Shown here: one piece after another, positions 37,246 to 48,845 of the stretch
Position numbering within the stretch: the first letter of the stretch is position 1
Layout of the letters: each line of letters starts with the position of its first letter
Source of the DNA: Macrostomum hystrix
Lineage: Eukaryota > Animalia > Platyhelminthes
Reading direction: 5' to 3'
Length of the DNA: 64,000 bases
Assembly: GCA_950097015.1 (NCBI GenBank)
Contig: CATNEN010000029.1
Coordinates: 5,704,001 to 5,768,000 of the forward strand
Position numbers and translations under genes: made by a program
Notes under the pieces: model-generated
What the model was told of the DNA's origin: nothing
What the model saw: only the letters and a program-made list of their open reading frames with translations
Databases searched by the model: none

Positions 37246-37683
37246 GGATCCTAGACACTTCGTCATCTTACAACTTTGTCATCTTACAACTTCGTCATCC
37301 ACTTGGAAGGTAAGGACACTTCGTCATCCAGCCAATTGGCATGCTTTAAAGTTTGGTCAGTTCGTCATCTACTAATAACAAGCAATCAAGTTCGTGATCA
37401 ATAAAGTGAGGGTGGGGTGGTGGGGCAGAGGTGTGAAAACACTTCACACTCTAAATTGTCAAAAAGAGGTGTCAAAACTGATTTCATTATAAGAGTTGAA
37501 AGATAGGTGCCAATACGATGTGAGGAGGTGGGAGGGGTGGTTCTGTTCTAACTTTGAAAACTTTTGTTTTATAGATGACGAAGTGTCCACAAGTCTAAGT
37601 CTCTTCGTAATCCACCCTCTGAGATATTGGACAGATCGTCATCTGGATGACAAAGTTGTAAGATGACAAAGTGTCCAGGTACC
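37246..37683 (+). mobile_element. MITE with 8-bp TSD, copy 2
   Basis: Termini GGATCCTAGACACTT / AAGTGTCCAGGTACC; TSD CATGAGCT at 37238-45 and 37684-91. Confidence 0.88.
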
Positions 37684-39329
37684 CATGAGCTTAAGCCCTA
37701 TACACACTTCCTTGGTTTAGCATAAGTGATTTAAGGTAATGAATCATCATAGACATCAACCAAACAAGAATGTGTATTTCTTTTACTTCAAACCTAAGCT
37801 ACAGATTTTCTATTTAAGATATGATGCTAAATCAAAAGCCAAGTTATAGAAAACAGTTATGTCTTTCTAAAAGGTATCTGCTTTTGCTTTTTTATCAAAT
37901 AGAAAAAAGTTATTCGATTTTTTCATATAAAACCAAACAATGATTTTCATGTATCTTCAAACTGAACAGAGAATTTGATGTTTGGTTTTACAATTTGAGT
38001 GAGTGGTTTAATCTTATTCTAAGGAGTGAACTATCATGAATTATGTCATTTGAAATCATTTTTCATGCTCTATAAATAGCTACATTTATGGTCCTTTAAT
38101 TGGAAAGCAACCACATACAATCTTAGTCTAAAGTACATGCAGAAAAAATGTTGTTAAAAAGTATGCTTTTGCGATAACAATTTCTACTGAAATGTCCATA
38201 TCTTTCTTTCCTCTTAATGCTTCATTGCATGTCATGCCTCAGCTTATAGATAATTTTTTTGACTTTCAAATTAGTTATTTTGTGAAACATAATTGCTTGT
38301 TTCTGTCTTACATGAGACCAAGGAAGGAGTCAAAATTCTTGTTCAGTTTTGAAGATACACTGTTCAGTTGATGATACATTACCCTAGTCAAAACAGGGGT
38401 TGGGGTGGCTGCCCTAGCACCACACAGGGCACTCGAGAGAGCAGCCTCCACAGACAGCTAAGATTATCATAATATGAGTAAAATTGTAATCTTCCCTATT
38501 CCAGTTTTTCTGGGTCTCTAGGATTTGGAAATATGAAATTTGAAAATTGAAATTGAAATTACAAAATTTTAGAAAATTGTAGACTGAGTAATGTAGGAAA
38601 TGAATAGCTATAGGCCTAGTCTAGATTGTAGCAAAACTATTATGGTGAATTCCACGAGTGTGACCATCGTAGGTTGATAAATGTTATCCTAAATTCTGAC
38701 ACAAAAAGCTACTTTGAGCAACTTTTTTGGTCTTAAAAAACAAGCCCACAGTATGTAAAAAATGTTTTTTGCACTGCCAGTTTCCTTTCAGATGAACAGG
38801 AACCATTTTAGTGGCTGTGACAGTCGTAGCCACGGAAATACACATGTACAGAAAAAAATAATATTTTTTTCCTGTGAATTTCTCCTGCTTGCCAGTGCAA
38901 AAAGTCCTTTTTCCTAAAGAAAACACCTGTATGCTGAAAAGTACATTAAACAGATTTTGATTCGCTTGTTCCTACATGTTTAAATTGATTTTTTTGCTGT
39001 GACAGTCATAGCGTGATGGTTGTAGCCTGTAATGAGGCCAGCAAAGATGATGCCAAAAATGTGTTTCTCAGATTATTATCAATGTGTGGCTTTAAAAAAG
39101 GGCATGATTGCAACTGTAAGTCAATATTTACTAGATCTGGCACTAAAGAACTTTGAAAATATAACTATGGGGGTCATGGTTGGAGGCTTCCGATGGAAGG
39201 CAGCTAGACTTTGACCTGAGCAATGGCTAACCCACCAAGCGACCACTGGCATCCATCTGGTCAATGGCGCCAACTCCAGGCTCCAACTCCAATGCCTGGC
39301 ATAGGCTGACACTTCTGGGCCTGAGCCAC

Positions 39330-39560
39330 TCAATGCATGCTGCTGTCCAGAGGACTGGCAGCAGGAGCAGCCACAGCATCAGAAGCAGGAGTAGCAGCAG
39401 CAGCACACTTGGCAAATCTAACCAGAGCCTGCAGGTTCTGATCTAACCTCTTCATAGCAGTACGCTGCTCATAATGCCTTCGGCTCCTCTCCTTCTCCTT
39501 CTCACGCAGGATGTTTGCATGTTGCTCTCAATATTGCTTGAGCAGAAGGCTTTGTGCTTG
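39330..39560 (-). pseudogene. Orphan coiled-coil-like terminal exon interrupted by an in-frame TGA
   Basis: After a TTGCAG acceptor: QAQSLLLKQY*EQHANILREKEKERSRRHYEQRTAMKRLDQNLQALVRFAKCAAAATPASDAVAAPAASPLDSSMH*. Confidence 0.4.
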
Positions 39561-40540
39561 CTGCAACTAATTAATGTGCATGTTATATTTTATGGCCATT
39601 ATAAACCCCAAATATCAATCTTCAAAAGAAAGAGGGAAAGAAATGCAGCAACTGCAAGTTCTAGTCCACAGACATAGTTTTTTGTTGCAAAAAACCCTGT
39701 GATTGTTGTAGCTAACTTTGCAGAGTTTTTTCTAGGAGCTGCAGAGACATACAAAAACCAACTTTTACCAAAAAGAAGTATGTATAAAACACTAAAATTT
39801 TGTGCATTTTTTGGCAATATCTCGTTTGGAACTACCACAATGAGAACTTTTAAACTATTTCTGTTTAGTTTGTAGCAGGTCTTAAGCTTTTTAACATTGT
39901 AATTCAAATATATCATGTCAGATACATTCTTATAAACTAAAAATGATAGAATAACTATAGAACACCTAGTAGTTCACAATAAAAGGTACTACACATGAAT
40001 CATATACCTAAAAGCCAAAATACCAAATTAAAGGACAAAAAATATGCTAAACAGCCCCAGGATAGACATAAAAGTAATAGCCAACATTTTTATAAAAGCA
40101 TTACAATTGGACAAAAAACTATATATTACAAAAATATACATATTCAACTAAAAGAAAAAAGCCAGAGTGGTACCAACGTGTGAAGTTTATTTTTTGTCTA
40201 GGTGGGACATATCTGTGGAATCAACCTTATATAAAACCTGTGGATACCATATCAACCATGCAGGTGTGTAGGCTAACTTTGATCCCCAATGCCTAGGATC
40301 TGTTGGTGCTGTTTAAAGATTTCCATGAGCACACCATCCACATAGATAGACCCATGTTTACTCTAGTAAGGGTTTATGATTATGTACTATAATTGTTATC
40401 ATTTTTGTAGTCTTGATTACACATTCTGGTTGTAAAAACTTTATTTTTTTATCATTCCAAAAAACCAAATGAAGTTATAACTTCATTAGAATTATATATA
40501 TTAATAATTAATTATACCAGCCTTGACTGCCTTATCATAC

Positions 40541-40730
40541 AGCTGTTCAGTCCATGGACTGGTGGGATGCCACACCCACCCCGAAATACTCTAGCTAATG
40601 CGGGTACCAATTTAACAGCTCTGAAGCAATGCAGAGGTTCTTACTAATTGTTTCAGTGAAAATTTGGGAATCGAACCCTCGACCTTTAGGTCGTGAGTTC
40701 AACACTAACCGCTAGGCTACAACCCCCTTG
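40541..40730 (-). mobile_element. SINE family B
   Basis: GCTGTTCAGTCCATGGACT is shared with 58138; the reverse complement contains a B-box, GGGTTCGATTCC. Confidence 0.65.
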
Positions 40731-40882
40731 CTTTTAAACTAATGACTGTAAGTCAAGAAGCTCATGTGTAAAATTTGGACAAGTACTAATGACAAGAAAC
40801 AAATATATTTGAGATTTTCTGTTTTCCTAATGTGTAAAATTTATACGTCGTATAGAACCCATTTGCTTATATAAATTGCAAA

Positions 40883-43800
40883 ATGTGCCACCACTCTGGT
40901 CTCCAGGAGCTGTCAGACGCTCTAGCACAAGAGTGCAACTCCGGGCTCTCGGCTGCAGGTGCCAGCGGTAACAATGGAGCCCTATCCTCTGTTGGCGGTG
41001 GCGGCGATGCTTCGTCGGGCAGTGGAGCCCCAGGCACTGGACAGCCGGGCAGCACCGTTATTGTCAACTACCTGCCCTCAGGCATTGGCAATGTTGATCT
41101 AAAGAAACTATTCGAATCGGTTGGGCCAACAACCAATGCCATTGTGGTCCGCGATCGCGTCACTAAGGAGTCAAAGTGCTTCGGCTTTGTCTCTTACGAG
41201 TCGCCTAGCGATGCTGAGCGCGCAGTCGAGGTGCTGAATGGCCGACTTATTCAGGACAAGTGCATTCGGGTTGGCATCGCCATTCCTCAACAGGAGCTAG
41301 GCCATACTGGTATGCCAGGACTGTCAAGGCTTGTGCCAATACATTTTTTATTAAGTCACGTCACTTCACAATCACGAAGATAAAGATAGTGGAACAAATT
41401 TTCAAAATCAAAATTCCATGAATGAGAACACATCATGATTCATAAAAATTTTGCATTGGTACACGAATAAGTCAATAGCAGTATTGTCCATTAACAAGGC
41501 AATTGAGTCGAGTGACTCGAATCATTACAGACTGTTAACTACAACTAGCAGATCAAAGATATAAAACCATTTCCAGTCGACTGTCAGGGATGCTAGTGCT
41601 AGATTGATTAGACTGATCTGAAAGGGGTAGGGTTGTAAAGATGAAGAATGAAGGATGAAGATCTCTGTATTTCATTTTCATAGTCGTTATTCGGCTACCA
41701 AAAAATTGACTTGGTAGGAATCGAGACAATAGATTCGATTATTCGTCCCATCCCTAGTGTTACTGTCTATACTGTCTCCGAATAATGTGCCAGTGTCTGC
41801 AGCCCTGCTGCAAATTTTATTATTAACCCGGCCCTCGGTGCAGGCAAGCTGTATGTGTCCGGCTTCCCAGCTTACTGGAACGATAACTGAACTGATGGCC
41901 GTATTCAAGCCTTTCGGCCGCATCCTCAGCTCCCGGGTGCTCATTGACCCGACTAACGGCCTCTCCAAATGTTCCGGTTTTGTTAATTTCGAAAGCTACC
42001 AGTGCGCTGAAGAGGCTGCCAAGGAGTTGCAGGGCAAAGAAATTGACAAGCACGTCATCAAGATTCAGCTGCACAAGCCGGGCGGAATGCATGGCGGCGA
42101 TATTGCCAGCTCTGGCATTAGCAGCTGCGGCGGCAGTAGCGTTGCCGGCGGAGGCAGCGGAGGGGGAAGCAGTGTAGTTGGCGGCGGCAGCCACCCAGAG
42201 GAGAACCCGCCAGATTGCAATCTGATGGTTAACTTTCTACCCTCGGCATTTACTGACGAAAACCTGCGCGAACTATTCAGCTCAATTGGTATGCTGCGCA
42301 ACTGTAAGATTGTGCGAACCCCCGAGGGCGAGTCCAAGTGCTTCGGCTTTGTCACCTATTTGGCTCCACAGGATGCGGCTAAAGCCATTATTGAACTGAC
42401 CGGCAAGGTTATCCAGGGCAAGAAACTCAAGGTGCAATTTGCCAAACCTGAGGTGGCCGAGAACAGCAAGCTCTATATTGGTAAAGAGACTAGAATAATT
42501 TTGTTCCTTCACAGTTGCTGGAAAGCCACTCTCACAGCTGCTGGAAAGCCACTCTCACAGTTGCTGGAAAGCCACTCTCACAGTTGCTGGAAAGCCACTC
42601 TCACAGTTGCTGGAAAGCCACTCTCACAGTTGCTGGAAAGCCACTCTCACAGTTGCTGGAAAGCCACTCTCACAGTTGCTGGAAAGCCACTCTCACAGTT
42701 GCTGGAAAGCCACTCTCACAGTTGCTGGAAAGCCACTCTCACAGTTGCTGGAAAGCCACTCTCACAGTTGCTGGAAAGCCACTCTCACAGTTGCTGGAAA
42801 GCCACTCTCACAGTTGCTGGAAAGCCACTCTCACAGCTGCTCCAGAGCCACTCTCACAGCTGCTCCAGAGCCACTCTCACAGCTGCTCCAGAGCCACTCT
42901 CACAGCTGCTCCTGAGCCACTCTCACAGCTGCTCCAGAGCCACTCTCACAGCTGTTCCAGAGCCACTCTCACGGCTCTTCCAGAGCCACTCTCACAGCTG
43001 CTCCAGAGCCACTCTCACAGCTGCTCCTGAGCCACTCTCACAGCTGCTCCTGAGCCACTCTCACAGCTGCTCCTGAGCCACTCTCACAGCTGCTCCAGAG
43101 CCACTCTCACAGCTGCTCCAGAGCCACTCTCACAGCTGCTCCAGAGCCACTCTCACAGCTGCTCCTGAGCCACTCTCACAGCTGCTCCAGAGCCACTCTC
43201 ACAGCTGTTCCAGAGCCACTCTCACGGCTCTTCCAGAGCCACTCTCACAGCTGCTTCTGAGCCACTCTCACAGCTGCTCCAGAGCCACTCTCACAGCTGC
43301 TCCTGAGCCACTCTCACAGCTGCCCCAGAGCCACTCTCACAGCTGCTCCTGAGCCACTCTCACAGCTGCTCCTGAGCCACTCTCACAGCTGCTCCTGAGC
43401 CACTCTCACAGCTGCTCCTGAGCCACTCTCACAGCTGCTCCTGAGCCACTCTCACAGCTGCTCCTGAGCCACTCTCACAGCTGCTCCTGAGCCACTCTCA
43501 CAGCTGCTCCAGAGCCACTCTCACAGCTGCTCCAGAGCCACTCTCACAGCTGCTCCTGAGCCACTCGCACAGCTGCTCCTGAGCCACTCTCACAGCTGCT
43601 CCAGAGCCACTCTCACAGCTGCTCCTGAGCCACTCTCACAGCTGCTCCAGAGCCACTCTCACAGCTGCTCCTGAGCCACTCTCACAGCTGCTCCAGAGCC
43701 ACTCTCACAGCTGCTCCTGAGCCACTCTCACAGCTGCTCCAGAGCCACTCTCACAGCTGCTCCAGAGCCACTCTCACGGCTCTTCCAGAGCCACTTTCAC

Positions 43801-46702
43801 AGCTGTTCCAGAGCCACTCTCACGGCTGCTCCTGAGCCACTCTCACAGCTGCTCCAGAGCCACTCTCACAGCTGCTCCTGAGCCACTCTCACAGCTGCTC
43901 CAGAGCCACTCTCACAGCTGCTCCTGAGCCACTCTCACAGCTGCTCCTGAGCCACTCTCACAGCTGCTCCTGAGCCACTCTCACAGCTGCTCCTGAGCCA
44001 CTCTCACAGCTGCTCCTGAGCCACTCTCACAGCTGCTCCTGAGCCACTCTCACAGCTGCTCCAGAGCCACTCTCACAGCTGCTCCTGAGCCACTCTCACA
44101 GCTGCTCCAGAGCCACTCTCACAGCTGCTCCTGAGCCACTCTCACAGCTGCTCCAGAGCCACTCTCACAGCTGCTCCTGAGCCACTCTCACAGCTGCTCC
44201 AGAGCCACTCTCACAGCTGCTCCAGAGCCACTCTCACGGCTCTTCCAGAGCCACTTTCACAGCTGTTCCAGAGCCACTCTCACGGCTGCTCCTGAGCCAC
44301 TCTCACAGCTGCTCCAGAGCCACTCTCACAGCTGCTCCTGAGCCACTCTCACAGCTGCTCCAGAGCCACTCTCACAGCTGCTCCTGAGCCACTCTCACAG
44401 CTGCTCCTGAGCCACTCTCACAGCTGCTCCTGAGCCACTCTCACAGCTGCTCCTGAGCCACTCTCACAGCTGCTCCTGAGCCACTCTCACAGCTGCTCCT
44501 GAGCCACTCTCACAGCTGCTCCAGAGCCACTCTCACAGCTGCTCCTGAGCCACTCTCACAGCTGCTCCAGAGCCACTCTCACAGCTGCTCCTGAGCCACT
44601 CGCACAGCTGCTCCTGAGCCACTCTCACAGCTGCTCCAGAGCCACTCTCACAGCTGTTCCAGAGCCACTCTCACGGCTCTTCCAGAGCCACTCTCACAGC
44701 TGCTCCAGAGCCACTCTCACAGCTGCTCCAGAGCCACTCTCACAGCTGTTCCAGAGCCACTCTCACAGCTGCTCCAGAGCCACTCTCACAGCTGCTCCTG
44801 AGCCACTTTCACAGCTGCTCCTGAGCCACTCTCACAGCTGCTCCAGAGCCACTCTCACAGCTGCTCCAGTTGTGTAGGTCCTACTTTAAATTCATACTTA
44901 CACAGCTATTCTTACACTCCGTCACCTAGGCAACCTGCCTGACGCCTACGCCCAATCGGATTTGGATAAGCTGTTCGAAAAGTTTGGCCCAGTGAAAGAG
45001 TCCAAACTGCTAATAGACAGGAAGACTGGCAAGTCCAAAGCCTGCGGTTTTATTGAATTGTGCAGCGGCCCGCTGGCTGACCTGGCGATCAGCCAACTCA
45101 ACGGACTTGTGCTCGAAGGCTCGCCTCAGCCGCTAAAAGTGCATAGGCCATTGCCGCCCAAGGGTGCCTTAATATCTGGCGGCGGCCAGGCTGCCGTAGC
45201 TGCCGCAGCCGCTGTTGCCGCCGCCGCCGTGGCAGCAGCTTCGGCTTCCACCAGCCAGATGATCCCTAAGCAGGAATTGATTCACGCCGGCGGCTTCCCC
45301 GGTCGCCCGTTCGGCCTGCCGGCAGGCGCCGGCGGCCACGAAGGCCTGCTGTCGCCGCCTAATAAGAAGCGAAGAACCGACATCGCTGAGGAGGCGCTAA
45401 CAGCTGCCGTGGCTGCCGTAAGCGGGATTCGGGGTTTGAAAATCGGATGAATGGGATTTGAGACTCGGATCAGTGGGATTTGAGACTTGGATCAGTGAGA
45501 TTTGAGACTCGGATCAATGGGATTTGAGACTCGGATCAGTTGGATTTGAGACTCGGATCAGTTGGATTTGAGACTCGGATCAGTTGGATTTGAGACTCGG
45601 ATCAGTTGGATTTGAGACTCGGATCAGTGGGATTTGAGACTCGGATCAGTTGGATTTGAGACTCGGATCAGTTGGATTTGAGACTCGGATCAGTGGGATT
45701 TGAGACTCGGATCAGTGAGATTTGAGACTCGGATCAGTTGGATTTGAGACTCGGATCAGTTGGATTTGAGACTTGGATCAGTGGGATTTGAGACTCGGAT
45801 CAATAGGATTTAAGACTCGGATCAGTGGGATGGGATTTGAGAATCGAATCAGTGGGATTTGAGACTCGGATCAGTTGGATTTGAGACTCGGATCAGTTGG
45901 ATTTGAGACTCGGATCAGTGGGATTTGAGACTCGGATCAGTTGGATTTGAGACTCGGATCAATAGGATTTAAGACTCGGATCAGTGGGATGGGATTTGAG
46001 AATCGAATCAGTGGGATTTGAGAATCGAATCAGTGGGATTTGAGAATCGAATAAGTGGGATTTATTTGTGCAGATCTATTTTGATAGTAATATTAAAGTC
46101 ATAAATGTCAGGATTATCTGGAATTTCATATTTTAACTTGTGGATGTAATTTGTTAGCTAAGTATAGAATCGAATGTAAATATAATTTAAACCTAATCCG
46201 CTTGTCCTAATATCCTCAGCGCTTTTAAATGTTGCTTTCATTCCGTGGACTGTTCCAGCTGATGCTGATTTTGGGGGAGAGTTCACTAGGTGTGAGGTGA
46301 TCTTTCTCACTTGGCGTAGGATTAAACTAAAACAAACTCCCATTCCATCCCCATTGGTCGGCATCCCCTGCAGCAGGCCAAGCAGGAGAAGGGCGAGTTT
46401 CCTCTATTTGTCTATGGCCTTGGCGACTCGGCGCAGGACATCGACCTGTGGGAACTATTCGGACCATTTGGCGCCGTGAAGTCTGTAAAGGTGGTTCGCG
46501 ATCCGACCACGCAGAAGCCTAAGGGCTACGGATTTGTCACAATGCTCAGGTCTGTCCATTGTCTATGGCCGCATCTGTTATGATTATCTGCTATTAATCC
46601 ACTTCCATATCGGTTTTAGATATCCGGAGGCTGTGGAAGCCTGTGAGGAAAGTGAACGGTCAAACACTGGGCGAGAAAAGACTGCAGGTGCGATTTAAGT
46701 GA
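40883..46702 (+). CDS. ELAV/Hu/Sex-lethal family RNA-binding protein with five RRMs; two apparent +1 frameshifts
   Basis: Exons 40883-41309, 41844-42480, 44930-45417, 46374-46549 and 46620-46702. Motifs: IVNYLP, CFGFVSY, KLYVSGFP, NLMVNFLP, KLYIGNLP, LWELFGPFGAVKSVKVVRD, GYGFVTM, LQVRFK stop. Frame restored by removing 1 nt at about 41885 and at 46642. Confidence 0.88.
42509..44870. repeat. 23-bp minisatellite (CCACTCTCACAGCTGCTCCAGAG and variants), about 100 units, filling ELAV intron 2
   Basis: Direct reading; occupies about 96% of the intron. Confidence 0.99.
45430..46062. repeat. 22-bp minisatellite (GGATTTGAGACTCGGATCAGTT) in ELAV intron 3
   Basis: About 28 units, starting about 12 nt after the donor. 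Confidence 0.97.
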
Positions 46703-48569
46703 ATTATCAGTGAGCAACGGAGAGATATGGAGATTTGAGACTCCAGTCTAATTGTCTCTCAATGTGTTTCCCGCCCTCTAGTACGGTGTGTTCAGCGAAT
46801 TCTGGCTTCTTTTTCAGTGTCCTGTTTATATGCCGCCCTTATTTGTCATTTTCTGGCTCTGTGCAATGTACATACCCGACTGTGCAGTTCTGGGCTGCCA
46901 CAGCTTAGTACGTTATTAGTTCACTTAATTATTTCATTGTCTTAATCTGTTTCACCTTTTTAACTATTTGTTTATAGTTTTAGTTGTCTCATCTCTTCTA
47001 TTATTATGCGTTTTACTGTGGTGGGCATCGTTGAAAAAGTCAGTTAATTAGTTCGTTGATTCAACTTTATTAGAATCAATCGTTTAAAACTCTTTTATAG
47101 ATTCGTTAAATTAAAGGTTGGCACTGTTTCCGAAAATAGAATTCGATCTTGCATTCTTAATTTTTATCTTACGATTTCTAACGATTTGCTAGTTTCGTTA
47201 ATAGCGGAATGAATTTTTAACGATGCCCACCGCGCCGTTTTTTTGTAACAATTTCCTTTCTTTTCTATGCTTACTAATTAAATTTTAATCGTTTTTATAT
47301 ATATTATTGTTGACGACTTAGCTAGATTTAAAACGATTTCTTTAATAAATATTCTTGTTTGTTAAGCGGAACTAACAGTGTTTTAATTGTTATATTTCGC
47401 TGATTTGTTAAATTAAAATTCAATAGCGTAACAAAGCGCATTGTATTTAGTTTTTTATTGTAATTTTATAACAAGCAATTTTAATTACTTATTAACTATT
47501 AACTACTTGGTTAATTATATTTGTATTTTTGTTTTGTTTATTTCTTTTCCTTCTAAAAATCCGTTTTAACTAATTATTTTTATTATTGTCGTTATCACTA
47601 TGAACTGTTACTATGCAAATATATGTGTTAAACAAATATAAATTCTACAATTCATAGACTGTTTATATTTACATTTGTTAAAATATTACTGCAAAATATT
47701 ATTTTTCATCTGATTGATTTCAGATTTTATTGATTTTGTTTTTTATTATCAGTTTTCAATGCATTTATTTATCTGGCTCAATCTAGTCTTCTTATCTATT
47801 CTCTAAGGCCTTAGTCAGATATGCTTTCATCTCTTCAATATCTCTACTGATCATCTAAAAATTCGTACTTTCCTCAATTTGAATTAAATTTTTCGGCATT
47901 ATGAATACATAATCCGTATTCTACTTCAATACTATTTTAAGTAGTATTGTTATACGCTGGCATTTAAAATGAAAAATCAATTCCGTAACTATTCTATACG
48001 GTCTGTTGGTTCGTACGGTGAGTTTTGTTCTGCATTTATAGACTGCATGCCAGTTTCAACATTAAATAGACTTATTTAGACGGAACCAACAATTAGTACC
48101 TGCCATTCCACCTACTATTCAAGGATTGTTATTTCGATCAATCAATCGACAAATCTTAATCTGTAACCATTGATGATTGATTTCCATTGAGTCATCGGTG
48201 CACTCATAGGAAAGTATTTGATGTCCTAATAATAAATGCTTCTGTGTGAAACTTTACTCTACAATTAGTGCCGCAACGGGCCATTAATGCTTGATTTACT
48301 GTGAATTGACTACTGTCAGGATTAACTCCCATTTCACATCGATTTTCATCTCTCTTTGACTAAACAAATACATTGGGAACATCGCGAATGTTGACAAATC
48401 CATCAATTGTGATCCTCCAACTGATATGGCTGGAATGTTTAAATGTCTTCCATCCCTTTTCTTTATGTCAAGTTGTAAGTACAGTCCGGAAAAAGAGGAC
48501 TTTTTGAAACCGTGCCAATGGGGCTCAGCGCTCCCATAAGGTCCATTTCTAGTAAGTAGTAAATCACAT

Positions 48570-48845
48570 TTCACCATAGACATTCATAGCGGGTGGAGAA
48601 ACCGATTGAAAGTCTTGCTAGGAGTATGTTTTTTCCATAGACATTTTCCTCTGGTGTTAAAACCGATGGAAGGTGTAGCTATGAGTGGGTTTTTTCCATA
48701 GACATTTTTATCGGGTGGTGAAACCGAATGGAAGTATAGCTTCTGAGTGGGTTTTTTCCATAGACATTTTTATCGGGTGGTGAAATAGGTTAGAAGCTGT
48801 ATAGATGTGAGTGGGTTTTTTCCATAGATACTTTTAGCGGGTGTC
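48570..48845. repeat. Degenerate ~62-bp tandem repeat (TTTTCCATAGACATTTT..CGGGTGG.GAAA)
   Basis: About 4-5 units. Confidence 0.8.

Noticed and set aside
42515-43076. Repetitive C-terminal extension of the 439-aa RRM ORF
   Set aside because: Read-through into the intron; donor GTAAAG at 42481 and acceptor at 44929 restore KLYIGNLP.
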